A DNA stretch of 37,507 bases, from the NCBI GenBank assembly GCA_964465415.1, contig CAYXJH010000003.1, positions 1-37,507 on the forward strand, written 5' to 3'. Source of the stretch: an uncultured Gemmatimonadaceae bacterium (GTDB lineage Bacteria; Gemmatimonadota; Gemmatimonadetes; Longimicrobiales; RSA9). The notes beneath the pieces were generated by a model, which saw only the letters and a list, made by a program, of their open reading frames with translations, was not told the DNA's origin and did not search any database. Shown piece by piece: positions 24,588-34,316 of the stretch (position 1 is its first letter; each line of letters begins with the position of its first letter). Made by a program: the position numbers and the translations under genes.

Positions 24588-25981
24588 GCATGTGGACGGA
24601 GGCGGAAGTACTGGCGGCGCTGCCCCTGGCGCAGCGCGCGGGTGATCACGCGGACCCTGCCTCGTTCGAGGCCGTGGGGACGGACACGCGTAGTCTGGGC
24701 GCCGGTTCGCTCTTCGTCGCCCTGCGCGGGGACAACTTCGATGGCCACGATTTCCTTGCCCAGGCCGCAGAGCGAGGCGCACGGGCGGCGGTGGTGGACA
24801 CGATTCCTCCGAACGCCCCGGCGCTGCGGTATTACAGGGTCCCGGACACGCTCATGGCCCTGGGCCGGCTCGGCCGCTACCACCGGCGGGCGATCGGGGG
24901 CCGTGTCGTCGCGATCACGGGGACCAACGGCAAGACGACCACCAAGGAAATGAGCCGCGCGATCCTGGCCACGCGGTACGACACGCATGCCACGACCGGG
25001 AACCTGAACAACCTGGTGGGCGGGCCCCTCACGCTGCTGGATGCTCCAGGGGATGCCGAGGCGCTGGTCGTCGAGATCGGCACGAACGCGCCAGGGGAGA
25101 TCGCGCGTCTCGCGGAGATGGTGGAGCCCGACGTCGGGATCGTCACCGGTGTGGCCGAGGGGCACCTGGAGGGTTTCGGCACGATCGAGGGCGTGCTCCG
25201 CGAGAAGACGACACTGCTGAGTCGACTCCGCCCGGGCGGCCTGGCCCTGGTCGCCGATGAGCCGGCGTCCCTCCCCGAGCGAGCCCGATCGCTGGCCCGC
25301 CGGGTCCGTGTCGCCGGCTGGAGCGACCGCGCCGACCCGGATCTGCGGGCGGATTCGTTGCTGATCGATGAGGCGGGCCGGGTACGGTTTAGCTGGCAAG
25401 GCCGCGATGTAGCGCTCCCGTTCGGAGGCCGGGCCCATGTACGGAACGCTCTACTCGCGCTGGCCCTGGGCATGGAGTGGGGGGTGGACATGGACGCGGC
25501 GATCGCGGCGCTGGAGTCGCTACCAGCGCCGAAGATGCGTGGCGAGGTGCATCGCTTCGGCGCGCTGTCGGTGATTGCCGACTGCTACAACGCCAATCCG
25601 GCGAGCCTGGCGGCGGCGGTCGACACGTTGCTGAGCATGCCACGAGCGGGCGGGCGGGTGGTCGTCGTTGGCTCGATGCTCGAGCTGGGCGCGCAGGCCG
25701 CCTCGCTGCACCGGGAGTCCGCGCGTCAGATCGCCCAGGCCGACGTCGATCTCGTCGTGGGGACCGGCATGTTCGTGGACGCGTTCGCGCCGTTCGCGGG
25801 CCAGCTCGGCGATCGCCTGGTGTTGGCGGACGATGCGGAGGAGGCGTTCGAGCCCATGGCCGAGCGCATGACCGGCGGGGAGGTCGTGCTGCTCAAGGGC
25901 TCCCGTGGCGTGGCGCTCGAGCGACTCATACCGAGGCTCGCCGAGCGCTTCGGCGAGGCCTCCGGCGCGAACGGAGGCTGA
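24584..25981 (+). CDS. murF: UDP-N-acetylmuramoyl-tripeptide--D-alanyl-D-alanine ligase
   Basis: Matching motifs are TDTRSLGAGSLFVALRGDNFDGHDF, ITGTNGKTTTKEM, DCYNANPAS and LLKGSRG. There is an ATGA overlap with murE. Confidence 0.95.
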   Translation: MSMWTEAEVLAALPLAQRAGDHADPASFEAVGTDTRSLGAGSLFVALRGDNFDGHDFLAQAAERGARAAVVDTIPPNAPALRYYRVPDTLMALGRLGRYHRRAIGGRVVAITGTNGKTTTKEMSRAILATRYDTHATTGNLNNLVGGPLTLLDAPGDAEALVVEIGTNAPGEIARLAEMVEPDVGIVTGVAEGHLEGFGTIEGVLREKTTLLSRLRPGGLALVADEPASLPERARSLARRVRVAGWSDRADPDLRADSLLIDEAGRVRFSWQGRDVALPFGGRAHVRNALLALALGMEWGVDMDAAIAALESLPAPKMRGEVHRFGALSVIADCYNANPASLAAAVDTLLSMPRAGGRVVVVGSMLELGAQAASLHRESARQIAQADVDLVVGTGMFVDAFAPFAGQLGDRLVLADDAEEAFEPMAERMTGGEVVLLKGSRGVALERLIPRLAERFGEASGANGG

Positions 25982-25985
25982 CCCG

Positions 25986-27089
25986 GTGCTCTACCACTTC
26001 CTGGTCCCGCTGGCCGAGTACCACATCATCTTCAACCTGTTCCGCTACATCACGTTCCGGGCGGCAGGGGCCATGGCGACCGCGCTGGTCATCTCGTTCG
26101 TCCTGGGGCCGTGGATCATCGAGCGGCTGCGGGTGCTGCGAGTAGGGCAGGTGGTACGGGAAGAAGGCCCGCAGGAGCACCTCCGGAAGGCGGGAACGCC
26201 CACGATGGGCGGCGTGCTGATTCTCGTGGCCACGACGGTGGCGACGCTGCTTTGGGTGAGCTTTCCGGCCACCAACGCGCTCATCGCCCTGGTCGTCCTG
26301 CTGTGGACGGGGGCTCTCGGCTTTCTGGACGATTACCTGAAGGTCGTGCGCAAGCGGACAGAGGGGCTGGTCGCGCGCTACAAGCTGGTGGGGCAGGGGT
26401 TGATCGGGTTTCTCGTGGCCGTCGCGCTGCTGCTCCTGCCCATCATGGCGGATCCCACGTGGACCATGGTCCCGTTCTTCGCCGAATGGCATGTCGAGTT
26501 CTACTGGTGGGCGTTCGTGCCCTGGGTGATGCTGGTCCTGGCGGGGAGCTCGAACGCCGTCAACCTGAGCGACGGTCTCGACGGCCTTGCGGCGGGTTTG
26601 GCCGCCATCGCGGCGGCGACGTTCGGCGTCTTCGCGTACGTCATCGGCAGGACGGATACGGCCCAGTATCTGGGCTTGATGTACATACCCGGCGCCGGTG
26701 AGCTGGCCATCTTCTGCGCGGGGCTGGCCGGCGCCGCGCTCGGCTTCATGTGGTTCAACGCGCACCCGGCCGACGTCTTCATGGGCGACACGGGGTCGCT
26801 GGCGATGGGCGGCGCCATCGGGGCCGTCGCGATCCTGCTCCGGATGGAATTCCTGCTCGTCCTGGTCGGCGGCGTCTTCGTCCTGGAGGCGCTATCGGTG
26901 ATGTTGCAGGTCGGATACTTCAAGTATACGGCCCGGCGGTTCGGCGCCGGCCGGCGGGTGTTCGCGATGGCGCCACTTCACCACCACTTCGAGAAGAAGG
27001 GGTGGGCGGAGTCGAAGGTCATCATCCGGTTCTGGATCATGGGCATTCTGTGCTCGCTCATGGCGTTCAGCACGCTGAAGATCCGATGA
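25986..27089 (+). CDS. mraY: phospho-N-acetylmuramoyl-pentapeptide transferase
   Basis: GTG 25986 gives VLYHFLVPLAEYHIIFNLFRYITFRA. Other motifs are KAGTPTMGG, NAVNLSDGLDGLA, FMGDTGSLAMGG and APLHHHFE. It is a polytopic membrane protein. Confidence 0.95.
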   Translation: MLYHFLVPLAEYHIIFNLFRYITFRAAGAMATALVISFVLGPWIIERLRVLRVGQVVREEGPQEHLRKAGTPTMGGVLILVATTVATLLWVSFPATNALIALVVLLWTGALGFLDDYLKVVRKRTEGLVARYKLVGQGLIGFLVAVALLLLPIMADPTWTMVPFFAEWHVEFYWWAFVPWVMLVLAGSSNAVNLSDGLDGLAAGLAAIAAATFGVFAYVIGRTDTAQYLGLMYIPGAGELAIFCAGLAGAALGFMWFNAHPADVFMGDTGSLAMGGAIGAVAILLRMEFLLVLVGGVFVLEALSVMLQVGYFKYTARRFGAGRRVFAMAPLHHHFEKKGWAESKVIIRFWIMGILCSLMAFSTLKIR

Positions 27090-28474
27090 AGGCCAGACTC
27101 GTGGGTGTCCTGGGACTGGCCCGGAGCGGCCGAGCGGCGGCGACCCTCGCCCTGGCGTCCGGTAGCGCCGTCTACGCGTCCGATGCGGGGGATACCGACG
27201 CCGTCCGTGCAGCGGCGGCCGAGATCCGCAGCCTCGGTGGCCAGGCCGAGACGGGCGGGCACGACGTGGACCGCCTCGCCGGGTGTGACCTGATCGTCGT
27301 GAGCCCCGGGATCCCGCCCGACGCAGCCATTCTGCGTGATGATCGCCTCCGCAACGTCCCGTGGACGTCCGAGCTGGAGTACGCGTCGCGACACATCACC
27401 GCTCCACTCGTCGCGGTCACGGGGACGAACGGCAAAACGACCGTCACGTCGCTGATCACGCACCTCCTGGCCGAAGCCGGGATCAGCGCTGTGGCGGCGG
27501 GCAACATCGGAGCCCCGCTTTCCGATGTGGCCCTGATGGATCCGGCCCCCGACTGGGTGGTGGTGGAGGCCAGCTCCTTCCAGCTGGGCCGTGTCGATAC
27601 GTTCTCTCCCCGGATCGGGGTGTTGACCAATCTCGCCCCGGACCACCTGGACCGGTACGCGACGGTCGAGGCGTACTACGCCGACAAGGCCCACCTCTTC
27701 GACCGCGCGAGCACGGACAGCATCTGGGTCCTGAACGGCGAGGACGCCGCGGTCCTGGACCTGGCCAGCGACGTGCCCGGGCGGCGCCTTCTGTTCCACC
27801 AAACCGGACAGCCCGGTCCTGGCGAGGAAGGCGCCTGGCGGGACGGTGAGGGGCGCCTGGTGCTGCGGTTCGATGGTCACGACTCCGTTGTCCTTCCTGA
27901 AGACGGGTTGAAGCTCCTCGGCACTCACAACCGCGCGAACGCGCTGGCGGCTGCCCTCGCCGCGCGTGCAGCCGGGTGCCCGACGGGGGCCCTGGGATCC
28001 GGGCTCCGGTCCTTCCCGCCTTTGCCGCATCGGCTGGAGCCGGTCGATACGGTGACCGGCGTGCTGTGGATCAACGATTCCAAGGCGACGAACGTCGCCT
28101 CGACCCGCGTGGCGGTGGAAAGCATGACGCGGCCAACCGTCCTGCTGCTGGGAGGACGACACAAGGGCGAGTCGTACGGTGATCTGGCGGCCGCGGTCCG
28201 GGGGCGCGTGAAGCAGGTCGTCGCGTACGGCGAGGCGGCGGTACGAATCGAGGCGCAGCTGAACGGCGTAGTCGCGGTGGAGCGTGTGGACGGCTCGTTC
28301 CATGACGTGGTCCGCCGGGCGGCGGGCCTGGCCGAGCCGGGCGACGTGGTGCTCCTGGCTCCGGCGTGCGCCAGCTTCGACATGTTCGCCGACTACGAGG
28401 ACCGGGGTCGACAGTTCAAGAAGCTGGTGGCCGGGCTGGCGCGGGCGGGGGAGGTGAACGGTGCGCAGGGGTGA
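27086..28474 (+). CDS. murD: UDP-N-acetylmuramoylalanine--D-glutamate ligase
   Basis: Matching motifs are VLGLARSG, VSPGIP, AVTGTNGKTTV, NDSKATN and PACASFDMF. There is an ATGA overlap with mraY. Confidence 0.95.
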   Translation: MKARLVGVLGLARSGRAAATLALASGSAVYASDAGDTDAVRAAAAEIRSLGGQAETGGHDVDRLAGCDLIVVSPGIPPDAAILRDDRLRNVPWTSELEYASRHITAPLVAVTGTNGKTTVTSLITHLLAEAGISAVAAGNIGAPLSDVALMDPAPDWVVVEASSFQLGRVDTFSPRIGVLTNLAPDHLDRYATVEAYYADKAHLFDRASTDSIWVLNGEDAAVLDLASDVPGRRLLFHQTGQPGPGEEGAWRDGEGRLVLRFDGHDSVVLPEDGLKLLGTHNRANALAAALAARAAGCPTGALGSGLRSFPPLPHRLEPVDTVTGVLWINDSKATNVASTRVAVESMTRPTVLLLGGRHKGESYGDLAAAVRGRVKQVVAYGEAAVRIEAQLNGVVAVERVDGSFHDVVRRAAGLAEPGDVVLLAPACASFDMFADYEDRGRQFKKLVAGLARAGEVNGAQG

Positions 28475-29660
28475 GACCGTGTCAGCCCGGCCGCGGGCGG
28501 TGGAGGATCCGAGCCGTCTCGGCAGCGGGTGGGAGAGCAGCGTGGTGCTCGGGCTGGCCGTGCTCCTGGTCAGCATGGGGCTGGTCGTCCTCTACAGCGC
28601 AAGCTCGGTGATGGCGACGTCGCAGGGGTTACCGCCGCACCACTACCTGCTCCGGCAGATGTCGGGCGCGCTGCTGGGTCTGGTCGTGCTCCTGGCGGCC
28701 GCCGCCGTCGACTACCGGCGCCTGCGCGAGCTGGCCTGGCCCCTCCTGGGCATCGTCGTCCTCATGCTGTTCTTGATGCTCCTGCCGGCGGCCGCGTCCA
28801 TAGCGCCGGAAGCGAACGGCGCCCGTCGCTGGCTGCTGATCGGTCCCGTCGCGATCCAGCCGTCGGAGATGGCCAAGCTGGTGGTCATCATCTGGACTGC
28901 GGCCCTGGTGGTGAAGAAGCAGGATCGGCTGCGCAGCCTGAGCCGGGGCCTCGTCCCATTCCTCCTCGTCTGGGGGTTGGTCACGACACTGATCCTGCTC
29001 CAGCCGGACCTCTCCACCGCGATCCTGCTGGTCGGGCTGGCCGGGCTGGTGGCCTACGCCGGCGGAGCGAGGCCGGCGCACTTCCTGGCCCTGGGCGTGA
29101 TCTGCATGCCGTTTCTGTGGTCGCAACTGACGCGGGCCGCGTACCGCATGGAGCGGGTCGTCGCGTTCCTGGATCCCCGGGCCGACGTGGTGGACATGGG
29201 ATACCAGATCAACCAGTCCCTGATCGCCCTGGGCAGCGGTGGTCTGGTCGGCCGCGGGTTCGGCCGGGGCCAGCAGAAGTTCGGCTTCCTGCCCGAGCCC
29301 CACAACGACTTCATCCTGGCGATGGTGGGGGAAGAGCTCGGATTTCTCGGGGTCGCCACGGTGATCATCCTGTTCGTGGCGTTCGGGCTAGTGGGGTACC
29401 GGATCGCCCGGGGCGCGACCGACCTGTTCGGCTTCCTGCTGGCGCTGGGCGTGACGAACCTGATCGTGATCCAGGGGTTCCTCCACGTCGGCGTGAACCT
29501 GGCCGTGGTGCCCGCGACGGGCGTCACGCTGCCGTTCATCTCCTACGGCCGGTCCAGCCTGATCGTGAGCCTCGCGGCGGCCGGCATCCTCATGAGCATC
29601 GGTCGCGTGAGCGACCAGCGAGGCAAGGTGCTGGCCCGGGCGCGCGGAGGTCTCTCGTGA
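28461..29660 (+). CDS. ftsW: SEDS-family peptidoglycan glycosyltransferase FtsW
   Basis: This is a 10-TM SEDS protein with IQPSEMAKL, GYQINQSLIALGSGGLVGRGFGRG and LPEPHNDFI. Its position between murD and murG fits. The GTG start overlaps murD by 14 nt. Confidence 0.9.
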   Translation: MRRGETVSARPRAVEDPSRLGSGWESSVVLGLAVLLVSMGLVVLYSASSVMATSQGLPPHHYLLRQMSGALLGLVVLLAAAAVDYRRLRELAWPLLGIVVLMLFLMLLPAAASIAPEANGARRWLLIGPVAIQPSEMAKLVVIIWTAALVVKKQDRLRSLSRGLVPFLLVWGLVTTLILLQPDLSTAILLVGLAGLVAYAGGARPAHFLALGVICMPFLWSQLTRAAYRMERVVAFLDPRADVVDMGYQINQSLIALGSGGLVGRGFGRGQQKFGFLPEPHNDFILAMVGEELGFLGVATVIILFVAFGLVGYRIARGATDLFGFLLALGVTNLIVIQGFLHVGVNLAVVPATGVTLPFISYGRSSLIVSLAAAGILMSIGRVSDQRGKVLARARGGLS

Positions 29661-29662
29661 GC

Positions 29663-30787
29663 ATGCGGGTGATCTTCGCGGGAGGCGGCACGGGTGGGCA
29701 TCTATACCCGGCGCTGAACTTGGCCGCGGCGCTGGAAGCGCTCCGGCCGGGTGCGGAGACGCTGTTCGTCGGCGCCCGACGCGGCGTCGAAGCACGCGTA
29801 CTTCCGGAGAAGGCGGTCCAGCACCGTCTCCTGCCGTTCGAGCCGATCCGGCGTGACCGGGTCTGGCAGAACTGGCGGCTGGTGCCGGCGCTGCTCGGAA
29901 GCGTGGCGAGGCTCAGCATCTTGACCGTGCGGTTCCGTCCCGAGCTCGTGGTCGGGACCGGCGGATACGCGAGCGGGCCCGCGTGCGCGTGGGCGCTACT
30001 GACCGGCGTTCCCATCGCGATCCAGGAGCAGAACTCGTTTCCGGGCCTGACCACCCGGTGGCTGAGCCGATTCGCTCGCCAGGTCCACCTGGGGTTCCCG
30101 GAGGCGGAGGCGCACCTCAGGCCCGGCCGGCGCACCGAGATCCTCGCCCACGGCAACCCGATCCAGCCCCCGGATACCGGGGTGGATCGCGCGGCCGCTC
30201 GCGAGACGTTCGGCCTCGCGTCCGATTCGACCGTGCTCCTCGTGGTGGGCGGGAGCCAGGGGTCGCGGGCGGTGAACGAGGCGCTCCTGGGCGCGCTCGA
30301 GCGCGTTGCGAGTGGCTCTGCGGAGCGGCCGCCGCAGCTGGAAATCCTCTGGGCGACGGGGCCTGCCCACATCGAGCCGGTTCGTGAGCGGCTCGGTCCG
30401 CTTGGCGTCGCCCATTGGGTCCATGCCGTCGGCTACATCGATCGCATGCCGCTGGCGCTGGCGACCGCGGACGTAGCGGTATCCAGGGCGGGAGCCATGG
30501 CGACCGCCGAGCTCCTCGCGTGGGGCATTCCGGCGATCCTGGTGCCCTTGCCGACCGCGGCGGCGGATCACCAGACGCACAATGCGCGGGCCCTGGATGC
30601 GTACGGTGCGGCGGTGGCCGTGCCCGAGCGGGACACCACGCCGGAGCGTCTCTGGGCGGAAGTGGTCAGTCTGGCGGGGGACCGCTCCCGTCTGGAGGCG
30701 ATGGGTGCCCGGGCTCGGGAGCGGGCGCGGCCCGACGCGGCGCACCGCATCGCCCTCGACCTTCTCCGCATCGTGGAGGCCGGATGA
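29663..30787 (+). CDS. murG: undecaprenyldiphospho-muramoylpentapeptide beta-N-acetylglucosaminyltransferase
   Basis: Matching motifs are MRVIFAGGGTGGHLYPAL, GGYASGP, VVGGSQGS, RAGAMATAELLAWGIPAILVP and DHQTHNA. An alternative in-frame GTG at 29657 overlaps the ftsW stop (GTGA). Confidence 0.95.
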   Translation: MRVIFAGGGTGGHLYPALNLAAALEALRPGAETLFVGARRGVEARVLPEKAVQHRLLPFEPIRRDRVWQNWRLVPALLGSVARLSILTVRFRPELVVGTGGYASGPACAWALLTGVPIAIQEQNSFPGLTTRWLSRFARQVHLGFPEAEAHLRPGRRTEILAHGNPIQPPDTGVDRAAARETFGLASDSTVLLVVGGSQGSRAVNEALLGALERVASGSAERPPQLEILWATGPAHIEPVRERLGPLGVAHWVHAVGYIDRMPLALATADVAVSRAGAMATAELLAWGIPAILVPLPTAAADHQTHNARALDAYGAAVAVPERDTTPERLWAEVVSLAGDRSRLEAMGARARERARPDAAHRIALDLLRIVEAG

Positions 30788-32217
30788 CGGCCGATCTGTA
30801 CGTCCCCGTCACGGAAGCCGCGGATCTCGATCTGCTCGGGCTGGCCCGGCGGGCCCCGATCCACTTCATGGGGGTGTGTGGCGCCGGCATGTCAGCTCTG
30901 GCCGAGTACGTGATCCGCGCCGGTGGGATGGCCACGGGCTGCGACGCGAAGTCGGCCTCCGCCCCGCCGGCGCTGACCGAGCTGGGCATGGCGCTAGCCG
31001 ATGGGCACGACCCGGCCCACGTGAGCGATGCGAGCGCGGTGGTGGTCACCGCGGCGGTGCCGTCGGGGCACGCGGAGCTTGAAGCGGCCCGGAGCCAGGG
31101 CATCCCTGTGCTCAAACGGGCCGCCGCGCTCGGCGCCCTGGTGAACCGGGGAACCGTCGTGGCGGTGGCCGGCACCCACGGGAAGACCACCACGACCGGC
31201 ATGATCGGGGTCACACTGGCCGAGACGGCCCTCGATCCGACCGTCTTCGTGGGCGGCCGCCTACCCGGTTGGCGCGGCGGGCTCCGATCCGGCGGCTCGC
31301 TCTTCGTGGTGGAAGCCGACGAGTACGACCGCTCGTTCCTTGCCCTCCGCCCCGACGTGGCTGTGGTCACGAATCTTGAGCCTGACCACATGGAGATCTA
31401 CGGCGACGTCGACACCCTGTACGACGCGTTCGTCCAGTTCCTCGAGCCGGTCTCGGCGGCGGGCGCGATCCTCGCCTGCGTCGACGACCCGGGCTCCGCG
31501 GCCGTGGCCGACCGACTGGAGTCGAACCGGGTGACCACGTATGGCCTGGATCCCGCCGCTCGCCTCCGGGCGGAGCGGATTGCGACCTCCGAAGGTCACA
31601 CCACGTTCCACGCGGTGCGGGACGGCACGGACCTGGGCGAGTTCCGGATCTCGGCTCCGGGCCGCCACAACGTCCGCAATGCCCTGGCAACGGTGGGAGT
31701 GGCGCTCCAGCTGGGGGCGGATCCGGATGTCGTCCGCCGCGGGCTCCAGCAGTTCGGTGGCGTCGACCGCCGATTCCAGAGGCTGGGCGATGCCCGCGGC
31801 GTGACGATCATCAGCGACTACGCCCATCACCCGACGGAGGTCGCGGCCACGATCTCGGCAGGGCGTGAGCGGTTCCCCGACCGACGCCTCGTCGCCGTCT
31901 TCCAGCCTCACCTCTACAGCCGGACCCGCGACCAGTGGCGCGGGTTCGGCGCGGCCCTGGCGGGCGCGGACGCCGTTTGGATCACGGACGTGTTTCCGGC
32001 GCGGGAAGAGCCTATCGAGGGCGTTAGCGGCGAACTGGTGGCGGACGCGGCCAGAGCGGCCGGCGCCCGCGTGACCTATCGAGCCGAGATCGAAGGCATT
32101 GCCGCCGCACTAGCTGACCAGTTGGGCCAGGGCGACGTGTGTGTGCTCATGGGTGCGGGTGATATCGACGAACACGCCAGCGCGCTCCTCGTCCTCTTAG
32201 GGGAGGAGGCAACATGA
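30784..32217 (+). CDS. murC: UDP-N-acetylmuramate--L-alanine ligase
   Basis: Matching motifs are IHFMGVCGAGMSALAE, VAGTHGKTTTTGMI, EADEYDRSF, DYAHHPTE and FQPHLYSRT. There is an ATGA overlap with murG. Confidence 0.95.
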   Translation: MTADLYVPVTEAADLDLLGLARRAPIHFMGVCGAGMSALAEYVIRAGGMATGCDAKSASAPPALTELGMALADGHDPAHVSDASAVVVTAAVPSGHAELEAARSQGIPVLKRAAALGALVNRGTVVAVAGTHGKTTTTGMIGVTLAETALDPTVFVGGRLPGWRGGLRSGGSLFVVEADEYDRSFLALRPDVAVVTNLEPDHMEIYGDVDTLYDAFVQFLEPVSAAGAILACVDDPGSAAVADRLESNRVTTYGLDPAARLRAERIATSEGHTTFHAVRDGTDLGEFRISAPGRHNVRNALATVGVALQLGADPDVVRRGLQQFGGVDRRFQRLGDARGVTIISDYAHHPTEVAATISAGRERFPDRRLVAVFQPHLYSRTRDQWRGFGAALAGADAVWITDVFPAREEPIEGVSGELVADAARAAGARVTYRAEIEGIAAALADQLGQGDVCVLMGAGDIDEHASALLVLLGEEAT

Positions 32218-32966
32218 GTGAGCAGGCGACCCGACGGCCGCAGAATCGCCTGACCCGCGGTGTCCTCATCGTGGCGATCGTGGCGGTGGCCGTGGTGCTG
32301 GGACCCACGCTCCTGCGGGAAGTGGACGCCTTCGGAGTGGACCAGGTCGAGGTCATCGGATCCCGGTTCGTCGAGCCGTACACCGTAGTGCAGGCGGCTG
32401 GAATCGGCCCAGGCTCGAACCTCTTCGACGACGTTTCCGAGTGGGCCGCCGGCGTGCTCGCGCTGCCACTGGTGGCGGACGTCCGGATCAGCAGGCGGCT
32501 TCCCTCCACGGTGTCGATCGAGATCCAGGAGGTGGAGCCGGTCGCGCTGATCGCGGGCGAGGAGCTTCGCCCGGTGGACGGTACCGGTCGAGCCCTCGCC
32601 ATCGATCCTGCGGGTGCGATCCTCGACCTCCCGATCCTGGTCGGCGTCGCGCTGGAGCAGGATTCGCTCGCTGAGGGGGCCGGGGCGTCGGCATTGAGGC
32701 TGCTCTCGCTCATGAGCAGCCACGAGCCGGCGCTGGCGGGAAGGGTTTCCCAGGTCCAGCCGGTGCGCGATGGGCTGCGCGTGCTGTTCCGCGACGGTGG
32801 GCCGGAGGCGCTGTTCCCTCTCGAGTCGAGCAGCACGCACCTCACGCATCTGCGCCTCGCCTACGCGGACCTACGCTCCCGCGCCGAGCTGACACGGGCC
32901 CGGCGGATCGACGTCCGGTTCCGGGACCAGGTCGTCGTTTCGTTTCTTCACTCACCGGTGAGCTGA
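32214..32966 (+). CDS. ftsQ: cell division protein FtsQ (POTRA domain)
   Basis: It has an N-terminal TM helix (GVLIVAIVAVAVVL) and a POTRA-like segment (VDQVEVIGSRFVEPYTVVQAAGI..GSNLF..........V..VRISRRLPSTVSIEIQE.EP). Its position between murC and ftsA fits. There is an ATGA overlap with murC. Confidence 0.8.
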   Translation: MSEQATRRPQNRLTRGVLIVAIVAVAVVLGPTLLREVDAFGVDQVEVIGSRFVEPYTVVQAAGIGPGSNLFDDVSEWAAGVLALPLVADVRISRRLPSTVSIEIQEVEPVALIAGEELRPVDGTGRALAIDPAGAILDLPILVGVALEQDSLAEGAGASALRLLSLMSSHEPALAGRVSQVQPVRDGLRVLFRDGGPEALFPLESSSTHLTHLRLAYADLRSRAELTRARRIDVRFRDQVVVSFLHSPVS

Positions 32967-32968
32967 GC

Positions 32969-34189
32969 ATGAGCACGTTCGTGGCGGCCGGTCTGGACAT
33001 CGGATCCACCAAGACCTGCGCGGTCCTGCTGGAGGTGACAGTGCGGGAGGGCACCAGCCCCCTGTTCCGTGTGCTGGGTGTGGGCCAGTCCAGGAGCGGT
33101 GGTGTTCGCCGGGACGTGGTGACGGATCTGGAAGAGACCACGTCCTCGGTTCGAGCCGCAATGAAGGAAGCGGAGCTCATGGCGGGTGTCCGCGCGGAGC
33201 GGGTGTTCGTCGGCATCGCCGGAACGCATATCGACGCGAACCTGTCCACGGGCGTGGTGGCGGTGGGTGGTGGCGAGATCGGGGCTGGTGACGTGGAGCG
33301 TGTCCACGAAGTGGCCCGCGCCGTGGTGGTCCCTTCCGATCGCGAGGTCCTGCACGTGCTGCCCCAGGAGTACCGGGTGGATGGTCAGGCGGAGATCCGG
33401 GACCCTGTGGGTATGGCCGGCACGCGCCTGGAGGCCGAGGTCTACATCATCACGTGCGGCGTGGCGGCGGCGGCGAACCTCCGCAAGGCAGTGGGTCGCG
33501 CGGGCTACAAGGTCGAGGCGTTCGTGCACGAGCCGCTGGCCACCGCCCGGGCGGTCCTGACCGAGGACGAGCGAGAAGTGGGGGTGGCCCTGGCCGACCT
33601 GGGCGCCGCCACTACGGAACTCGCCGTGTTCCGCGATTCCCGCACCCAGCACCTGGCGACTATCCCATGGGGTGGGGCGGCCATAAGCAACGATCTGGTG
33701 AAGGGCCTTTCCGTCCCCTACGCGGAGGCGGAGCGGGCCAAGACGCAGTACGGCGTGGCCTCCGCGCAACAGGTCGATCCGCGTGAGACCGTCGACCTTC
33801 CGGGACCGGGTCCGGGCGTCCACCGCCAGGTCGCGCGTGAGCTCATCGCCCACATCATCGAGCAGCGCCTGGACGAGATCCTGGACCTGGCCGCCGCAGA
33901 GATCGATCGGGCAGGGGAGGGAGAGGATCTCGGCGCCGGTATCGTCCTGACTGGCGGTGGCTCCGAGCTGGTGGGCGCGGTGGACGTGGCTCATCACGTC
34001 TTCGGTATGCCGGCTCGAGTGGGTGTGCCAGGGGCCGACCTCGGCGGTCTCGCGGACGCCGTTCGGAAGCCGCGGTTCGCTACGGCCACCGGCCTGGCGC
34101 TGTTCGGGGCCGAGACGCGGCTGGCAGGCGGGGGCGGGATGCCCGGCGCGATGGGAAAGGTGGTGACATGGCTCCGCGAGTTCTTCTGA
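32969..34189 (+). CDS. ftsA: cell division protein FtsA
   Basis: This is an actin-like ATPase with AGLDIGSTKTCAV, ADLGAATTELAVF and LTGGGSEL. The C-terminal amphipathic tail is GKVVTWLREFF. Confidence 0.95.
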   Translation: MSTFVAAGLDIGSTKTCAVLLEVTVREGTSPLFRVLGVGQSRSGGVRRDVVTDLEETTSSVRAAMKEAELMAGVRAERVFVGIAGTHIDANLSTGVVAVGGGEIGAGDVERVHEVARAVVVPSDREVLHVLPQEYRVDGQAEIRDPVGMAGTRLEAEVYIITCGVAAAANLRKAVGRAGYKVEAFVHEPLATARAVLTEDEREVGVALADLGAATTELAVFRDSRTQHLATIPWGGAAISNDLVKGLSVPYAEAERAKTQYGVASAQQVDPRETVDLPGPGPGVHRQVARELIAHIIEQRLDEILDLAAAEIDRAGEGEDLGAGIVLTGGGSELVGAVDVAHHVFGMPARVGVPGADLGGLADAVRKPRFATATGLALFGAETRLAGGGGMPGAMGKVVTWLREFF

Positions 34190-34316
34190 TGCCCGCGTCC
34201 GGGGGTCGGGGGGACGTGAAGGATATGACGCTGGTTCAGGGGCGGTGGGTCCGCCCTGGCGATCGTAGCCGCGCCGCGATGAGGCGGCCGGCGCAGCAAC
34301 CCATGGGAGGGCTATC

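Noticed and set aside
26978-28576. 532-aa - strand ORF opposite murD, and similar long antisense ORFs at 32948..34480 (ftsA), 20422..21444 (rsmH/ftsL/ftsI), 23721..24494 (murE), 24500..25438 (murF), 25926..26765 (mraY), 28629..29303 (ftsW), 29590..30372 (murG) and 30666..31391 (murC)
   Set aside because: All are antisense to dcw genes with canonical motifs, and all have Arg/Pro/Ser/Gly-biased low-complexity products. They are artefacts of stop-codon depletion in GC-rich DNA.
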